A DNA stretch of 64,000 nucleotides from Eubacteriales bacterium (GCA_035446965.1 DAOTGE010000006.1:728-64727); one strand, 5' to 3'; positions 1 to 9,060 are shown, counted from the stretch's first letter. The notes: generated by a model from the sequence alone, not told the origin. Numbers and translations are program-made.

Positions 1-2
1 AA

Positions 3-167
3 GTCGCCGCAAGCGTATTCGACCGTTACCGCGATCCGCTTTACAAGCAGGCGTCCTTCAAGCCGTATGTCATCGCCGCGATGATCTTCCTCGCCAAAGT
101 GAAAGATCCCGCAGCAATGCTCAAGCAGCTTGAAAAGCGCGGCTTGGAGCGTCACCTGGGTATCTGA
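3..167 (+). CDS. 3' end of an unidentified protein (partial, enters from the left edge)
   Basis: Open frame from nt 3 to TGA at 165-167 (VAASVFDRYRDPLY...LEKRGLERHLGI*), followed at once by a terminator-like hairpin. Family not recognised. Confidence 0.55.
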   Translation, partial: VAASVFDRYRDPLYKQASFKPYVIAAMIFLAKVKDPAAMLKQLEKRGLERHLGI

Positions 168-190
168 CCCGCCATACAAACATAAGCGTC

Positions 191-228
191 AGCAAGCGCC
201 TCCAAACGAATGGAGGCGCTTGTTTGCA
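191..228 (+). terminator. Intrinsic terminator-like hairpin
   Basis: AGCAAGCGCCTCCA-aacgaa-TGGAGGCGCTTGTT, followed by T-rich sequence just after the stop at 167. Confidence 0.7.
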
Positions 229-784
229 TTTTTAAAGTACAGCGATGTTTTAGAAGCGTCGACACCTTCGGAGGCTTACTCCTCGTCCGCTTTGAATTGA
301 ATGCGGCTCTTTACAAATTATCATACGAAACGCGCTGTGCTTCCGATACACGCGGCAGGAACTGTGAAGAAAAGCCCTCTTGTCTGTTTAATTTCAGCAG
401 CGCTGCAGCGTCGCAGAGGCTATTTTAAGCCTTTTTCATTATTTTCAAGCTAGGATATCCCTTTATCCTTTTTTTCCGGCTGACACGCGTTCTCCTGAAC
501 CAAAACCCGGTTTTTACATTTTACGCACGGGTTTTTGACTTTACCGTTTAAAAAAATACCCTGTATGGTATGTGTTATCTTTTTATCGACTTTAATCTTC
601 GAATAACTTAGAAATTTCCTTAATATATTTGTGTTATACGTACATTTGTTTGTAATAATTTACCATAAAACAAAGCATCTCTTTCTTTTCTCTGCCCCTG
701 CCCGGACTTTCACTTCCTTTCCCTTCCCCTTTTATCTCAAATTGACTATAATACAAGCAGAGCGAATTATCACATGGAGGACGC

Positions 785-1294
785 ATGATTCACTTATATT
801 ATGGCGACGGCAAGGGCAAAACGACCGCCGCGCTGGGACTGATCGTCCGGCATGCCGGATCCGGCGGACAGGCGGTCTTCGCCCAGTTTCTCAAGAGCAT
901 GCCGACCGGGGAACTGGCCGCGCTGGAAACGCTCGGCATACCCGTCTACCGCAACGATCTGCCGCACGGCTTCTTCCCTTCCATGACAGAGGAGACCAAA
1001 GCCGCCGTGGCCGCCATGCACGACCGTACGCTCGCCGAGGTTACGCGCCTAGTCCAAACGCATGCGTGCACGCTGCTCGTGCTGGACGAGCTCTGTGCGG
1101 CACTCTCGCTCAAGCTGATCGATTCAGGCGCCGTGTTCGCTCTGCTCGATAATCCCGGCGAAACGGAGATTGTCATCACAGGCCGAGACCCTTCCCCTTC
1201 TTTGATTGACCGAGCGGACTACATCACGGAAATGAAGCTAATCCGGCATCCGTATCAGAAAGGCGTTCAGGCAAGGAAAGGAATTGAGTTTTAA
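785..1294 (+). CDS. cobO: Cob(I)yrinic acid a,c-diamide adenosyltransferase (CobO/BtuR family)
   Basis: IHLYYGDGKGKTTAALG P-loop, QFLK, LLVLDE, ITGR and HPYQKGVQARKGIEF C-terminus; GGAGG RBS upstream. Confidence 0.93.
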   Translation: MIHLYYGDGKGKTTAALGLIVRHAGSGGQAVFAQFLKSMPTGELAALETLGIPVYRNDLPHGFFPSMTEETKAAVAAMHDRTLAEVTRLVQTHACTLLVLDELCAALSLKLIDSGAVFALLDNPGETEIVITGRDPSPSLIDRADYITEMKLIRHPYQKGVQARKGIEF

Positions 1295-1298
1295 CGCT

Positions 1299-1496
1299 TG
1301 CCTTTTATTTTTCCGAAAAAAAGAAACAAAAAGAGCTTCCACTTTGGAAGTTCTTTTTTAACGCTTTCTTAATTAAGAAGAGGATTCTTTTGCTTCTTTT
1401 TTTCAATAAGAGAAGAGTATAATTCTTTTGCTTCTTTTCTTTTAAAAAAGAAGAGTACGGCTCTTTTGCTTACTTTTCTTTTAAGAAAAGTAAGTC
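1299..1496. repeat. AT-rich palindromic repeat cassette, copy 1 (between convergent cobO and parB)
   Basis: Tandem units (T/C)TCTTTTGCTT(A)CTTTT...AAGAG/AAGTAAG at about 1385-1418, 1423-1456 and 1461-1496, plus hairpin AAAAAGAGCTTCC-act-TTGGAAGTTCTTTTTT at about 1329-1359. Confidence 0.85.
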
Positions 1497-2348
1497 GTAA
1501 ACCCGCTCCAGGTCTTCTTTACTGTAGTACTCAATCGTGACCTTTCCACGCGAATGGCTGCCGGAGAGCGTTACTTTGGTTCCAAGCGATTCGCGGAACG
1601 CGTTCTCAATAGTCTGCAAATCAGCGGAAAGCGGTTTTTTCTCTTTTTTTACAACGGGTTTCTTTTTGTCGTTCAAATGCCGGATTCGTTCTTCCAGCGC
1701 CCGAACGGAGTATTCGTTCTGCACGCACTCCTGCGCAAGCTGCAAAACCTGCGCCTGATCCGTCAGCCCCGCAAGCGCGCGACCGTGTCCGGCGGAAAGT
1801 ACGCCGCTTTTAAGGAGTTCAATCACCGGTTCCGGCAGCTGCAGCAAACGCACGGCGTTTGCAATCGCCGGACGGCTTTTTCCGAGGCGCGCGGCAACCT
1901 CCTCCTGCGTCATATCGTGCTGTTTCATCAGAAACCGAATCGCCGCGGCTTCCTCAATTGGGTTCAAATCCTCACGTTGAATGTTTTCTATCAGCGAAAC
2001 TTCGTGAATCTGCGCTTCGTCGTAATCCGCAACCAGCACCGGAACTTCCGTCAATCCAGCAAGACGCGCGGCGCGAAACCGCCGCTCGCCCGCAATAATG
2101 AAATAGCGGTCCTTTTTCTTTTTAACGATCAGCGGCTGCACGATACCGTGCACGCGAATCGACTCCGCAAGTTCCTTCAGAGACGTTTCGTCAAACTGTT
2201 TTCTCGGCTGGAGCGCGTTGGTGTCGATTTCCCGAACGCCAACCATCAGGACTCCCTTTCCGGACTCCTTTTGCTCTTCTAGGGAAAGATCGTAAGGATC
2301 GAGCAGCGCGTCCAGCCCGCGGCCAAGCCCTTTTTTCTGTGCCGCCAT
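1470..2348 (-). CDS. parB: ParB/Spo0J chromosome partitioning protein
   Basis: KKGLGRGLDALL N-terminus, QPRKQF, GIVQPLIV, IIAGERRFRAA CTP-binding motif, ENIQREDLNPIEEA, HTH with KSRPAIANAVRLL. Confidence 0.97.
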   Translation of the reverse strand: MAAQKKGLGRGLDALLDPYDLSLEEQKESGKGVLMVGVREIDTNALQPRKQFDETSLKELAESIRVHGIVQPLIVKKKKDRYFIIAGERRFRAARLAGLTEVPVLVADYDEAQIHEVSLIENIQREDLNPIEEAAAIRFLMKQHDMTQEEVAARLGKSRPAIANAVRLLQLPEPVIELLKSGVLSAGHGRALAGLTDQAQVLQLAQECVQNEYSVRALEERIRHLNDKKKPVVKKEKKPLSADLQTIENAFRESLGTKVTLSGSHSRGKVTIEYYSKEDLERVYDLLFLKEK

Positions 2349-3119
2349 TTACACGCCCTCCTTTGTCACGATTTCCGCAGCGAGCGCGTTATAAGCCGTG
2401 GCGCCGGCGCTGCCGGGCGCATATCGCGTAATCGGCAGACCGAACGACGGCGCTTCGCCAAGACGGACGCTCCTTGGAATCACCGTATCATAAACCTTGT
2501 TTTTAAAGAACTTTTTAACTTCTTCTACAACCTGCATCGAAAGATTCGTGCGGGAATCGAACATCGTCAGCACGACGCCTTCGACATCAAGCTCCGGATT
2601 TAAACTTCTCTTCACTAATTTTACCGTGTTCATCAGGAGGCTGAGTCCTTCGAGCGCATAGAATTCGCACTGAATCGGCACAAGCAGCGTGTTCGCAGCC
2701 GTCAGCGCATTAAGAGTCAGAAGCCCCAGCGACGGCGGACAGTCTATAAAAATGTAATCGTATTCCCGTTTGGTCGCATGCAGCGCATTTTTCATCACCT
2801 GCTCGCGCGCAATCATATTGACGAGTTCCACTTCCGCACCCGCAAGTGAAATATGTGCGGGAAGAAGCTTGAGCGTTTCAATCATCGTATCGCGCGTTGC
2901 ATCGTCTACGGAAACATCGTTGATCAAAACGTCGTAAACGGAAGCTTCACTGCCTTGTTTTTTTAATCCCAGGCCGCTTGTGCTGTTTCCCTGCGGGTCG
3001 GCGTCCACCAAAAGGACGCGTTTGCCCTGTTCGGCCAGACACGCGCTTAAATTGACGGCGGTCGTCGTTTTGCCGACGCCGCCTTTTTGATTTGCAATTG
3101 CTACGATCTTCATAATCAA
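2349..3119 (-). CDS. parA: ParA/Soj ATPase
   Basis: Deviant Walker [38 protein letters not shown]; its stop abuts the parB start. Confidence 0.97.
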   Translation of the reverse strand: MIMKIVAIANQKGGVGKTTTAVNLSACLAEQGKRVLLVDADPQGNSTSGLGLKKQGSEASVYDVLINDVSVDDATRDTMIETLKLLPAHISLAGAEVELVNMIAREQVMKNALHATKREYDYIFIDCPPSLGLLTLNALTAANTLLVPIQCEFYALEGLSLLMNTVKLVKRSLNPELDVEGVVLTMFDSRTNLSMQVVEEVKKFFKNKVYDTVIPRSVRLGEAPSFGLPITRYAPGSAGATAYNALAAEIVTKEGV

Positions 3120-3177
3120 ACAGATCCTCCGCTCGTACCGATATTGCTATTATACTGTATCCGGCTTATCGTTTCAA

Positions 3178-3193
3178 TGTTCCACGTGAAACA
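3178..3193. promoter_or_regulatory. parS site 1
   Basis: TGTTCCACGTGAAACA matches the Firmicute consensus TGTTNCACGTGAAACA. Confidence 0.92.
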
Positions 3194-3285
3194 TACGCCG
3201 AGGTAAAACCGCCGTTATTCTGATTTTAGGGGTATTTATAACTGTTTATTTTCTCTTTTTTTCGTTGAAGTTCCCTGTTCCGCAG

Positions 3286-3301
3286 TGTTTCACGTGAAAC
3301 A
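3286..3301. promoter_or_regulatory. parS site 2
   Basis: Perfect palindrome TGTTTCACGTGAAACA. Confidence 0.95.
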
Positions 3302-3440
3302 ATCAGTCCCTTAGAGTATTTTTGAAAAATACCTTTCATCACCTAAAATCTATCTGTTTTTATTCTGATACATAAACCTTTTCCTGTTTTGCTTTTTTTA
3401 AAAAAAGACACCTCTTATAAAAGAATTTTCGCTGACGAAA

Positions 3441-3456
3441 AGTTTCACGTGAAACA
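3441..3456. promoter_or_regulatory. parS site 3
   Basis: AGTTTCACGTGAAACA, one mismatch to the perfect palindrome. Confidence 0.88.
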
Positions 3457-3463
3457 TTTTAAC

Positions 3464-3488
3464 AAAAAAAGCGCCGAAGCGCTTTTTT
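3464..3488 (-). terminator. Bidirectional-type terminator downstream of dnaN
   Basis: AAAAAAAGCGC-CGAA-GCGCTTTTT, 13 nt beyond the dnaN stop. Confidence 0.75.
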
Positions 3489-3501
3489 ATATTCGGAATA
3501 G

Positions 3502-4605
3502 TTAGAAATTTGAATAAATTCTCACCGGAACGATCAAATAATAGAATCCGTCGCTCTTGGCCGGCCTAATCACACAAGGGCTGATACTGGTCGTAAAATC
3601 CATGTAAATATGGTCGTCCGGAATGCATTTCAGAATGTTCATGCAAAATCTCGGATTAAAAGCGATATCGATGTCCTCGCCATTGATTTGCACGTCCATT
3701 TCTTCATTGATCCGGCCTGCAAAACTGTTTGCGGAAATCGTAAGCTTGTTGTTATGGAATTTCATAACAATATTGTTGTTTCCTTCGCGCGCCATGAGCT
3801 GCGCACGGTCGATGCTCTCCATTAACTCCGCTTTATCGATCAGTACGCGCGTCGTATGGTCCTTTGGAAGAATCTGTTTGTATTTAATATAGTCGCCGTC
3901 CAAAAGCCGCGCAACGAGTTTGGAATGCTTAATGTTGACGCAGACATGCGTTTTTGTAAACGTAAGTTCCGCGTCATCCTCGGTTTCATCCATCATGCGG
4001 GAAATTTCCGCCATCGATTTTCCGGGAATTACCATATGGTGTTCCGGAACGGGCGTTTTCAGCGTCATAGAGCGCATAGCGAACTGATATGCATCCGTCG
4101 CGACAATATTGATTTCCGTCCCGAGTTCCATCAAAACGCCGGTCAGGATTGGTTTACTGTCGTCCTGCGCAGTGGCAAATACCGTTTGGTTGATCATATC
4201 GCGGCAGTCCGCATGATCCATCTTTACGGTAAACGTTTCGCCCGTAAAGCGCATATCCGGAAAATCTTCCGTGGTCTCGACGCACTGCAGGCTGCTTTTG
4301 GCACGCCCGCAATTGATATCGAGCGATTTTCCATTCAGCGTTATTTCCGCAATCGAATCCGGCAGTTTTCTGACGATTTCAGAAAACAGCTTCCCGGGAA
4401 TAATCGCAAACCCGTCCTCTTCGACCGTTGCTGGAAGAAGGCACTCCTTCTGCAGCATGAGGTCCGAACACTTGAGTTTAACGCCTTCCTGCGTCGCTTC
4501 CAGATAGATACCTTCCAAAATGGGCATTGTCGTCCGGACGGGCAGCGCTTTGATAACGGAAAGGACTCCTCCCATAAGTTCTTTTGAGTCGATAAAGAAA
4601 TGCAT
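3502..4605 (-). CDS. dnaN: DNA polymerase III beta sliding clamp
   Basis: 367 aa; PILEGIYL, IPGKLFSEIVRKLP, RPILTGV-like KPILTGV, VATDAYQ, RLLDGDYIKY, IAFNPRF; directly downstream of dnaA. Confidence 0.97.
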   Translation of the reverse strand: MHFFIDSKELMGGVLSVIKALPVRTTMPILEGIYLEATQEGVKLKCSDLMLQKECLLPATVEEDGFAIIPGKLFSEIVRKLPDSIAEITLNGKSLDINCGRAKSSLQCVETTEDFPDMRFTGETFTVKMDHADCRDMINQTVFATAQDDSKPILTGVLMELGTEINIVATDAYQFAMRSMTLKTPVPEHHMVIPGKSMAEISRMMDETEDDAELTFTKTHVCVNIKHSKLVARLLDGDYIKYKQILPKDHTTRVLIDKAELMESIDRAQLMAREGNNNIVMKFHNNKLTISANSFAGRINEEMDVQINGEDIDIAFNPRFCMNILKCIPDDHIYMDFTTSISPCVIRPAKSDGFYYLIVPVRIYSNF

Positions 4606-4952
4606 ATAACAACTTCCTTTCTCTTCGCTACGATATAAATTTTTGAAATTCTGGCAAGTTATCCACTCGGTTGCTCCTCTTTTTGTGTATATCTTTATAG
4701 TAATACAGAAGCAGGAGTAGTAGTTGTGTTGTGCAAAGTGTGGAAAATCTTATTTTTCTGCAGAAACAGGCGTTTTTCTACGTGGAAGACTTTGTGGAAA
4801 AAGAGGGATTTTTATCAAACTTTATCCACACATTCCATAGAATCCACGCTTTGCACATTCTATCCACATTCAATTTCCACGATTTGTGGAAAAGTTTTAT
4901 CTAAAAAAGAATCGAACCTGCAACCGTTAAAAAACGTACGCTTCCGGATAAA
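4606..4952. other. oriC (dnaA-dnaN intergenic): DnaA boxes and unwinding element
   Basis: One perfect TTATCCACA (4822-4830). Near-consensus boxes at 4659-4667, 4739-4747, 4793-4801, 4860-4868 and 4885-4893. Tandem boxes at 4730-4747 sit next to NAG trinucleotide repeats (about 4698-4723, TAG TAA TAC AG AAG CAG GAG TAG TAG) and an AT-rich stretch, the B. subtilis-type DnaA-trio layout. Gene orientation flips around this locus. Confidence 0.9.
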
Positions 4953-6263
4953 TCAACTCATTCTCTTTTTGATATCTTCAAGCGTCGACGCAAAAGAAGC
5001 GTCCGACGAAATCATTTCCTCAACCCTTTTACAGGCGTTGATAGCAGTTGTATGATCGTTTCGGTCAAAAAGCGTGCTGACGCGCTTATACGGGATGCCG
5101 AGCAGGCTATGGCAAAGGTACATTGCAACCTGCCGCGGCAAAACGATTTCGCGGTCACGCCGTTCGGAAAGCATGCTTTCAAGCGGAATAGAGTAATATT
5201 CCGAAACGGTGTTTTTGATGATCTGCGGCGTGATTTCTTTCTTTTTTACGTCCGGCAGCAGATCGCGCAGCGCTTCCACAGTAAGCTCGAGTGTCAACGG
5301 ACGGCGGCGCAGCTGCGAATAGGCGACAACGCGGGTGAGGGAACCCTCCAGTTCACGGATGTTGCTGACGACATGCTCCGCAATGAACTGAATGATATCG
5401 TCGCTCACATTTAGATTATCCAGCCGGGCACGGTTTCTTAAAATAGCGATTCGCGTTTCAACATCCGGCGGCTGAATGTCCGCAATCAAACCCCATTCAA
5501 AACGGGAACGCAGACGCTCTTCCAGACTGGATATTTCCTTCGGCGGCCGGTCGGAACTGATGATGATCTGTTTGTTGGCGTTATGCAGCGTGTTAAAGGT
5601 GTTGAAAAATTCTTCCTGCACGGACTGTTTTTTTGCAATGAACTGGACGTCGTCTATCAGCAGCACGTCCACATTGCGGTAACGTTTGCGAAACTCCAGA
5701 CGTTTGTCCATCTGGATTGCGGTGATGAGTTCGTTGGTGAACGTTTCGCTGGTGACATACATAACTCGCACGGCCGGGTCCTTTGCTTTGACCGCGTGGC
5801 CGATGGCATGCATCAGGTGCGTTTTGCCCAGTCCGACGCCGCCGTAGATGAAAAGGGGATTGTATGCGGCCGCCGGGTTCTGTGCGACGGCGAGCGCCGC
5901 GGCATGCGCAAAATGATTCGAACCGCCGACGACGAACGTTTCGAAAGTGTATTTAGGGTTCAGCGCGAATACGTTGATCGGTTCCGCGGTCACCGGATTG
6001 ATATAGATGTCCCGGTCTTCCGGCAGCACGATTTTGATTTCCGTGATCGTATCATTCGCTGCCTTTACGGCATTTCGCAAATTGTCAAAATAAAAATCTT
6101 CCAGTGTTTTCTGGATGTCCGGCGTCGGAACTTCGAGAATCAGAACGTCCTGCCGAAGTGCAAGCGGAACGATCACGTCGATCCAGGCGTGAAACGACAG
6201 CCCCGTCATCTGAGGACGGATATTTTCGCGTGCGGCCGCCCAAATCGATTGTAATTGATCCAT
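4953..6263 (-). CDS. dnaA: Chromosomal replication initiator DnaA
   Basis: LNPKYTFETFVVG, YNPLFIYGGVGLGKTHL, LLIDDVQF, RLRSRFEWGL, SNIRELEG, RQVAMYL, DHTT. Start set at MDQLQ behind a GGGGG RBS; the ORF track starts at 6296. Confidence 0.98.
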   Translation of the reverse strand: MDQLQSIWAAARENIRPQMTGLSFHAWIDVIVPLALRQDVLILEVPTPDIQKTLEDFYFDNLRNAVKAANDTITEIKIVLPEDRDIYINPVTAEPINVFALNPKYTFETFVVGGSNHFAHAAALAVAQNPAAAYNPLFIYGGVGLGKTHLMHAIGHAVKAKDPAVRVMYVTSETFTNELITAIQMDKRLEFRKRYRNVDVLLIDDVQFIAKKQSVQEEFFNTFNTLHNANKQIIISSDRPPKEISSLEERLRSRFEWGLIADIQPPDVETRIAILRNRARLDNLNVSDDIIQFIAEHVVSNIRELEGSLTRVVAYSQLRRRPLTLELTVEALRDLLPDVKKKEITPQIIKNTVSEYYSIPLESMLSERRDREIVLPRQVAMYLCHSLLGIPYKRVSTLFDRNDHTTAINACKRVEEMISSDASFASTLEDIKKRMS

Positions 6264-6762
6264 GTTCGCTATACCCCCTATATTACACATCATCATAGCA
6301 AAAACGCCGCTTTATTTCAAGGTATGCTTCCTGCATACGCCCGCTGAAAAGAGCATCTCTCACAGGATAAAAACAGGATTACGCGCCCGCGTATTTTCAG
6401 GGAAAAAATAAAGACGATGTCCGCCGTAAGGAAAAGGAGAAGTTGAACAAAACGTATAAAAACCGCTTTATGCACAGATGGTCGTCTCGGATTTGGGCGG
6501 TAAGGGAGCAAATTGCAGGAAAAAGAGACGGGAAGACAGAAAATGTTGCAGGAATTCCTGCGTGCAAAAAAGCAAAAGAAGGAACGATTAACCCCCGCAG
6601 AGACAAAAAACACGTAAAACAGCTGTATATTGCCCCACAAACCACGAAATTATCGCAAAATAAGCCGCGAGGGGTTAACAATCTGTGACAAAGAGGCGGT
6701 TTGATTGCAAATCGTCTTTTCAGGGGTTACAATAAGAAAAGAATATTGGTATCGGGGGAAGA

Positions 6763-7704
6763 TTGCCCGTGGGAGAATCGCTGCGCAGCCAGTTATTCAT
6801 CAATTCCGAAAAGGTGGGCGATTTTATAGACGTCGTTTTACCCGCGTCCGGGGATGAGGAGGAGGGTGAAATTGCGCGCATCCATTATTTGGAAGCCGGC
6901 GTCGGGGAACCGCTGCTGCTGGTTCATTCGATCGGACAGTCCCTTTTCACATGGAGAAACGTATTTGCCGAGCTTTCGGACAACTATCGCGTGATCGCCG
7001 TCGATTTGCCGGGACACGGATATTCCGCGCGGCCGGACACGCTGGACTATACCGCAGACGATATGGCGTTTGTTTTGAACGCGTTTCTGGATGCGCTGAA
7101 CATCAAAAGCGCGCATATCGTCGGTTTTTCGATTGGAGCCGTCTATATGCTCCGGCTGCTTTCACTTTATCCAAGGCGGGTAGCCAACTGCATCGCAATA
7201 TCCCCCGGCGGGGTGACGGAGCAGATGCCGAAACTGATCCATAATCTGCAAAAACCGCTTGTTTCGGTGTTTGCAAGGAATCTATATACCGCCGGTAACG
7301 TGCGCGCGTTGCTGGAGGAATGCGTGAGCGATCCGCAGCTGATCGACGATCATGTCGTCAAACAGTATTACGAGCCGATTTCGGACGGGCTTGCAAGGGA
7401 AGCGCTGATGTATGCGCTGAGAAATCTCGACATGGAAGCCGTTGCGGAGGGGCTTTTGCCCGTGGAACACGAAGTGCTCGTGCTCTGGGGCAAGGACGAC
7501 AACTGGCATCCGCCCGCCGGCAGCGTGTATTATCAAAGCATCCTGCGCGCCGGGCGGTATTATCTGGTGCGAAACGCAGGACACCTTTTGCAGGAGGAAG
7601 CGCCGACAAAGCTGCTGGAAATTATTTACAGCTATATTCCGCCCGCGGTGCCGAACTATGATGTATACCGCTATACGCAGCACCTTGCGGAAGACGAGGA
7701 ATGA
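6763..7704 (+). CDS. Alpha/beta hydrolase fold protein
   Basis: LLLVHSIG, VDLPGHGYS, G-F-S-I-G nucleophile elbow, LWGKDD, NAGHLLQEE; TTG start. Confidence 0.88.
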   Translation: MPVGESLRSQLFINSEKVGDFIDVVLPASGDEEEGEIARIHYLEAGVGEPLLLVHSIGQSLFTWRNVFAELSDNYRVIAVDLPGHGYSARPDTLDYTADDMAFVLNAFLDALNIKSAHIVGFSIGAVYMLRLLSLYPRRVANCIAISPGGVTEQMPKLIHNLQKPLVSVFARNLYTAGNVRALLEECVSDPQLIDDHVVKQYYEPISDGLAREALMYALRNLDMEAVAEGLLPVEHEVLVLWGKDDNWHPPAGSVYYQSILRAGRYYLVRNAGHLLQEEAPTKLLEIIYSYIPPAVPNYDVYRYTQHLAEDEE

Positions 7705-7901
7705 TTATTGACTTTTCGCTGGGCGACGTGGTGATGATGAAGAAACCGCACGCCTGCGGGGCAAACGAATGGACGATTATCCGGGTCGGCGCGGACGTCA
7801 AGATTAAATGCAACCGCTGCGGGCGCATTGTGATGCTTGACCGTGCCGATTTTGTGCGTATGGGTAAAAAAATACTGACGAAAACAGGAACAGCCGAGTG
7901 A
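7701..7901 (+). CDS. DUF951 (YyzM-like) small protein
   Basis: LGDVVMMKKPHACGANEWTIIRVGADVKIKCNRCGRIVMLDR; overlaps the upstream stop (ATGA). Confidence 0.9.
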   Translation: MIIDFSLGDVVMMKKPHACGANEWTIIRVGADVKIKCNRCGRIVMLDRADFVRMGKKILTKTGTAE

Positions 7902-8509
7902 AAAGCAGGAGCTTTACGCCGAGCCAGATCCGGTATCTGCGCGAGCGTGCTGAAGAACAATATGAAAACATGCGCGGTTCACGTGCGTATCGCAACGTGG
8001 AGTTTTTTATATACATTCTAATCGTGGTTCTCACGGCGCTTGCCATCCGTTCCTTTATTGCGGAGCCCATCCGCGTGGACGGCGATTCCATGGTGCCGAC
8101 GCTGTATAACACCGAAGACATGCTTGTGGAGAAGGTGAGCTACTGGTTCAGCGACCCGCTGCGCGGGGACATCATAATCTGCTACTATCCCGGCTATACG
8201 GAAAGCTGCGTCAAGCGGGTCATAGGACTGCCGGGCGAGACGGTCGCGGTCAGCGGCGGCGATATTTACATCGACGGGGTTTGCCTGGACGAGAGCGAAT
8301 ACTGGGACGGGGAGATCATCGGGGACATGGACCCGGTGACGGTCGGTGCGCGGGAAGTGTTCGTTTGCGGAGATAACCGCAACGGCAGCAAGGACAGCCG
8401 CAGCACGTCCGTTGGATGCATCCCCTATTCCAAGGTAGTCGGCCGCGTTCTGGCGGTCGTGTGGCCTCTGAGTGAGCATCGCGCGTTCGATCGGGTGATT
8501 TACTCGTGA
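7898..8509 (+). CDS. lepB: Signal peptidase I (S26), copy 1
   Basis: TM helix, then GDSMVPTL (Ser), VKRVIGLPGE (Lys) and GDNRNGSKDSR. Confidence 0.93.
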   Translation: MKSRSFTPSQIRYLRERAEEQYENMRGSRAYRNVEFFIYILIVVLTALAIRSFIAEPIRVDGDSMVPTLYNTEDMLVEKVSYWFSDPLRGDIIICYYPGYTESCVKRVIGLPGETVAVSGGDIYIDGVCLDESEYWDGEIIGDMDPVTVGAREVFVCGDNRNGSKDSRSTSVGCIPYSKVVGRVLAVVWPLSEHRAFDRVIYS

Positions 8510-9060
8510 GCGGCGAACGGAAACAAAGGCGCTCCGACGGGCGCGAACGGGCTTACCGGAACGCAAGGCGGCTTGGCTGGCTGTTTTCCATACTGGCGGC
8601 CGTTGCAGTGCTTTGTCTTGTTTTCCTGGTCTGGCTGTTTCCGGCGCGCATTGTCGATCAGAGCATGGAGCCGACGCTCACCGGCGGGGAAGTCGTGCTC
8701 TGCGATCGTCTGGCAAAGTATGTTTCCAAGCCGGAACGAGGGGACATCATTCTTTTTAAAACGGAGGACGGCGTTTTTATCAAGCGAATCGTCGGGCTGC
8801 CGGGCGAGAGCGTGGAAGTTGTCGGCGGGTATGTGTTTATCGACAGCAGGCCGCTCGACGAAAGCGCATATGCCAGCGATTATGCCGGGGATATGGAACC
8901 CGTGATCGTGCCGGACGGCGAAGTGTTTGTGCTTGGCGACAAGCGTTCCCAGATGTACGACAGCAGGCTGGAAGCCGTTGGATGCATCTCTTACGAAAAT
9001 ATCCTTGGGGAACTCCGCGTCCGCGTCGCTCCGATCGAGAAACTGACTTTCTTTTCCTGA
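8506..9060 (+). CDS. lepB: Signal peptidase I (S26), copy 2
   Basis: TM helix, DQSMEPTL, IKRIVGLPGE, GDKRSQMYDSR; overlaps the copy 1 stop (GTGA). Confidence 0.9.
   Translation: MSGERKQRRSDGRERAYRNARRLGWLFSILAAVAVLCLVFLVWLFPARIVDQSMEPTLTGGEVVLCDRLAKYVSKPERGDIILFKTEDGVFIKRIVGLPGESVEVVGGYVFIDSRPLDESAYASDYAGDMEPVIVPDGEVFVLGDKRSQMYDSRLEAVGCISYENILGELRVRVAPIEKLTFFS

Noticed and set aside
300-450. Cobalamin riboswitch upstream of cobO (GGAACTGTGA...AAGCC)
   Set aside because: The B12-box and GGGAA...GCCCCCGC core are not present; only short fragments match.
1380-1496. Tandem ~38-nt units as a CRISPR array
   Set aside because: The units abut without unique spacers, are degenerate, and there are no cas genes or leader; treated as a REP-like repeat.
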